A stretch of 64,000 bases of DNA from positions 707 to 64,706 of the forward strand of contig CAZSZE010000015.1 of NCBI GenBank assembly GCA_964610645.1. Reading direction: 5' to 3'. This document shows, one piece after another, positions 63,028-64,000 of this stretch (its first letter is position 1; each line of letters opens with the position of its first letter). The position numbers were made by a program, and so were the translations under genes. The notes beneath the pieces were generated by a model. It worked only from the letters and a program-made list of their open reading frames with translations. It did not search any database and had not been told where the DNA came from. This DNA comes from an uncultured Enterobacterales bacterium (GTDB taxonomy: Bacteria; Myxococcota_A; UBA796; CAJQPC01).

Positions 63028-64000
63028 GTACCCGCATTCTCATTTGCTGCGGTTCCGGCGGAGTGGGAAAGACCACCTGCTCGGCCGCCCTGGCCCTGGA
63101 GCTTGCCCGGCAGGGGCACCGGGTGGCGGCTCTGACCATCGACCCGTCCCAGCGCCTGGCCGATGCCCTTGGCATCTCCATGTCGGGAACGCCACAACCC
63201 GTCGAGGTAGCCGACGGGTCGCTGGATGCCATGGTCCTGGATGTGAAGCAGACCTTCGATGGGGTGGTGCGCCGGTTTGCACCCGATGAAGGCGTGCGGG
63301 ACCGCATTCTGGAGAACCGGTACTACGAGTTTGTTTCCACGAGGCTGGCCGGCTCCCATGAATACATGGCCATGGAGCGGCTGTACCAGTTGTACGGAGA
63401 GGGGAAATACGACGTCTTGATCCTGGACACCCCCCCGACCCGCAACGCCATGGAGTTTCTCACCGCCCCCAAGCGCATGGCCGGACTCATGGACGAGGGG
63501 GTCATGGGCAGGTTGTCCGCAGCGGGGGGCGGACTGGGCATCCGGGTGCTGACCCGGGGATCCCTCACGGCCCTGAACGCCCTCTCCCGCCTGGTGGGCA
63601 TGGGAACCGTGCGGGAGATCACCGAGTTCTTCACCTTGTTTCGAGACCTGTGGCAGGGATTTCGCCAGCGCTCCCTGGAGGTGGACCGCCTTCTGCGCAG
63701 CGACCAGACCCGCTTCCTGCTGGTGGCAACCCCCGCCCCTGCCGCCCGCGCTGAAGCCCGAGACTTCCTGGATCTGCTCTGGAAAGAGGGCCTGCCCTTC
63801 GGTGGGGCGATCCTGAACCGGGTGACCCCCATGCCGACGGATCCCGCGCCGGTTTCCCCGGAGCGGTTCCCTCCTTGCCCCGATGAATTCGACCTCGCCG
63901 AATGGCAGCGAATCACCGAGGCCATCGCCCAGGCACCCGTTCGAGCCGCTCGCCGGGCCACCTATGAAGCACAGGCTGTGACCTCCATTGGAGAGCGCGT
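63024..64000 (+). CDS. ArsA/Get3-like P-loop ATPase (second of tandem pair), 3' end outside the window
   Basis: Not in the ORF track because no stop falls in the window. My translation from ATG 63024 (ATGA overlap) gives [50 protein letters not shown]...[16 protein letters not shown]. Confidence 0.8.
   Translation, partial: [325 protein letters not shown]

Noticed and set aside
1-64000. Search for rRNA, tRNA, tmRNA, CRISPR arrays, transposases, integrases, phage genes, toxin-antitoxin pairs and known defence genes
   Set aside because: Intergenic gaps are all under about 240 nt. The ones I read (5328-5426, 10280-10517, 11696-11817, 16648-16750, 30035-30197, 52374-52490, 59448-59559) show no tRNA-like T-arm/GTTCGAATC features. 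I saw no spaced direct repeats. No ORF translation shows DDE/tyrosine-recombinase, Cas, restriction or nuclease-NTPase defence motifs. The scan was by eye, so small ncRNAs cannot be excluded.

Overview
GC-rich, densely coding chromosomal segment with about 58 protein-coding genes on both strands. I found no rRNA, tRNA, CRISPR array, transposase, integrase or phage genes. Many neighbouring genes share 4-nt ATGA/GTGA start-stop overlaps: 7142-7145, 10958-10961, 15229-15232, 24573-24576, 26558-26561, 28856-28859, 46495-46498, 48575-48578, 49864-49867, 60858-60861 and 63024-63027.

The source is most likely a member of the Myxococcota (inference). The evidence is a MYXO-CTERM-like sorting tail, an AgmX/PglI-type domain, PEGA and STAND-type Ser/Thr kinases, sigma-54 promoter matches, and many Asp/Gly-rich lipoproteins with DTG-type linkers.

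Housekeeping genes I recognise: argS, gcvT-gcvH-gcvP, folD, mutM, a cyclophilin, an Nfu-type Fe-S protein, an acyl-CoA dehydrogenase, a fused homocysteine methyltransferase/MTHFR, TolQ/TolR-like and FtsB-like genes, and a sigma-70 family factor.

The rest is envelope and signalling content:
- about 20 predicted lipoproteins
- two FG-GAP proteins, one interrupted by an in-frame TAG
- two distant paralogues of an unplaced polytopic membrane protein
- several amidohydrolases, including a catalytically degenerate one
- a sulfatase-like enzyme coupled to an EF-hand lipoprotein
- a tandem pair of ArsA/Get3-like ATPases

I see no canonical defence or mobile system. The best candidates for something undescribed are:
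- the FG-GAP / membrane-protein / SGNH-TPR envelope locus (33-46.5 kb)
- a sigma-54-driven, terminator-bounded two-gene cassette of secreted unknowns (10.4-11.8 kb)
- the sulfatase-like/EF-hand pair

All functional calls rest on motifs read by eye from the ORF translations. No HMM or BLAST search was possible. Start codons were re-picked manually from signal peptides, family-typical N-termini and neighbouring stops.
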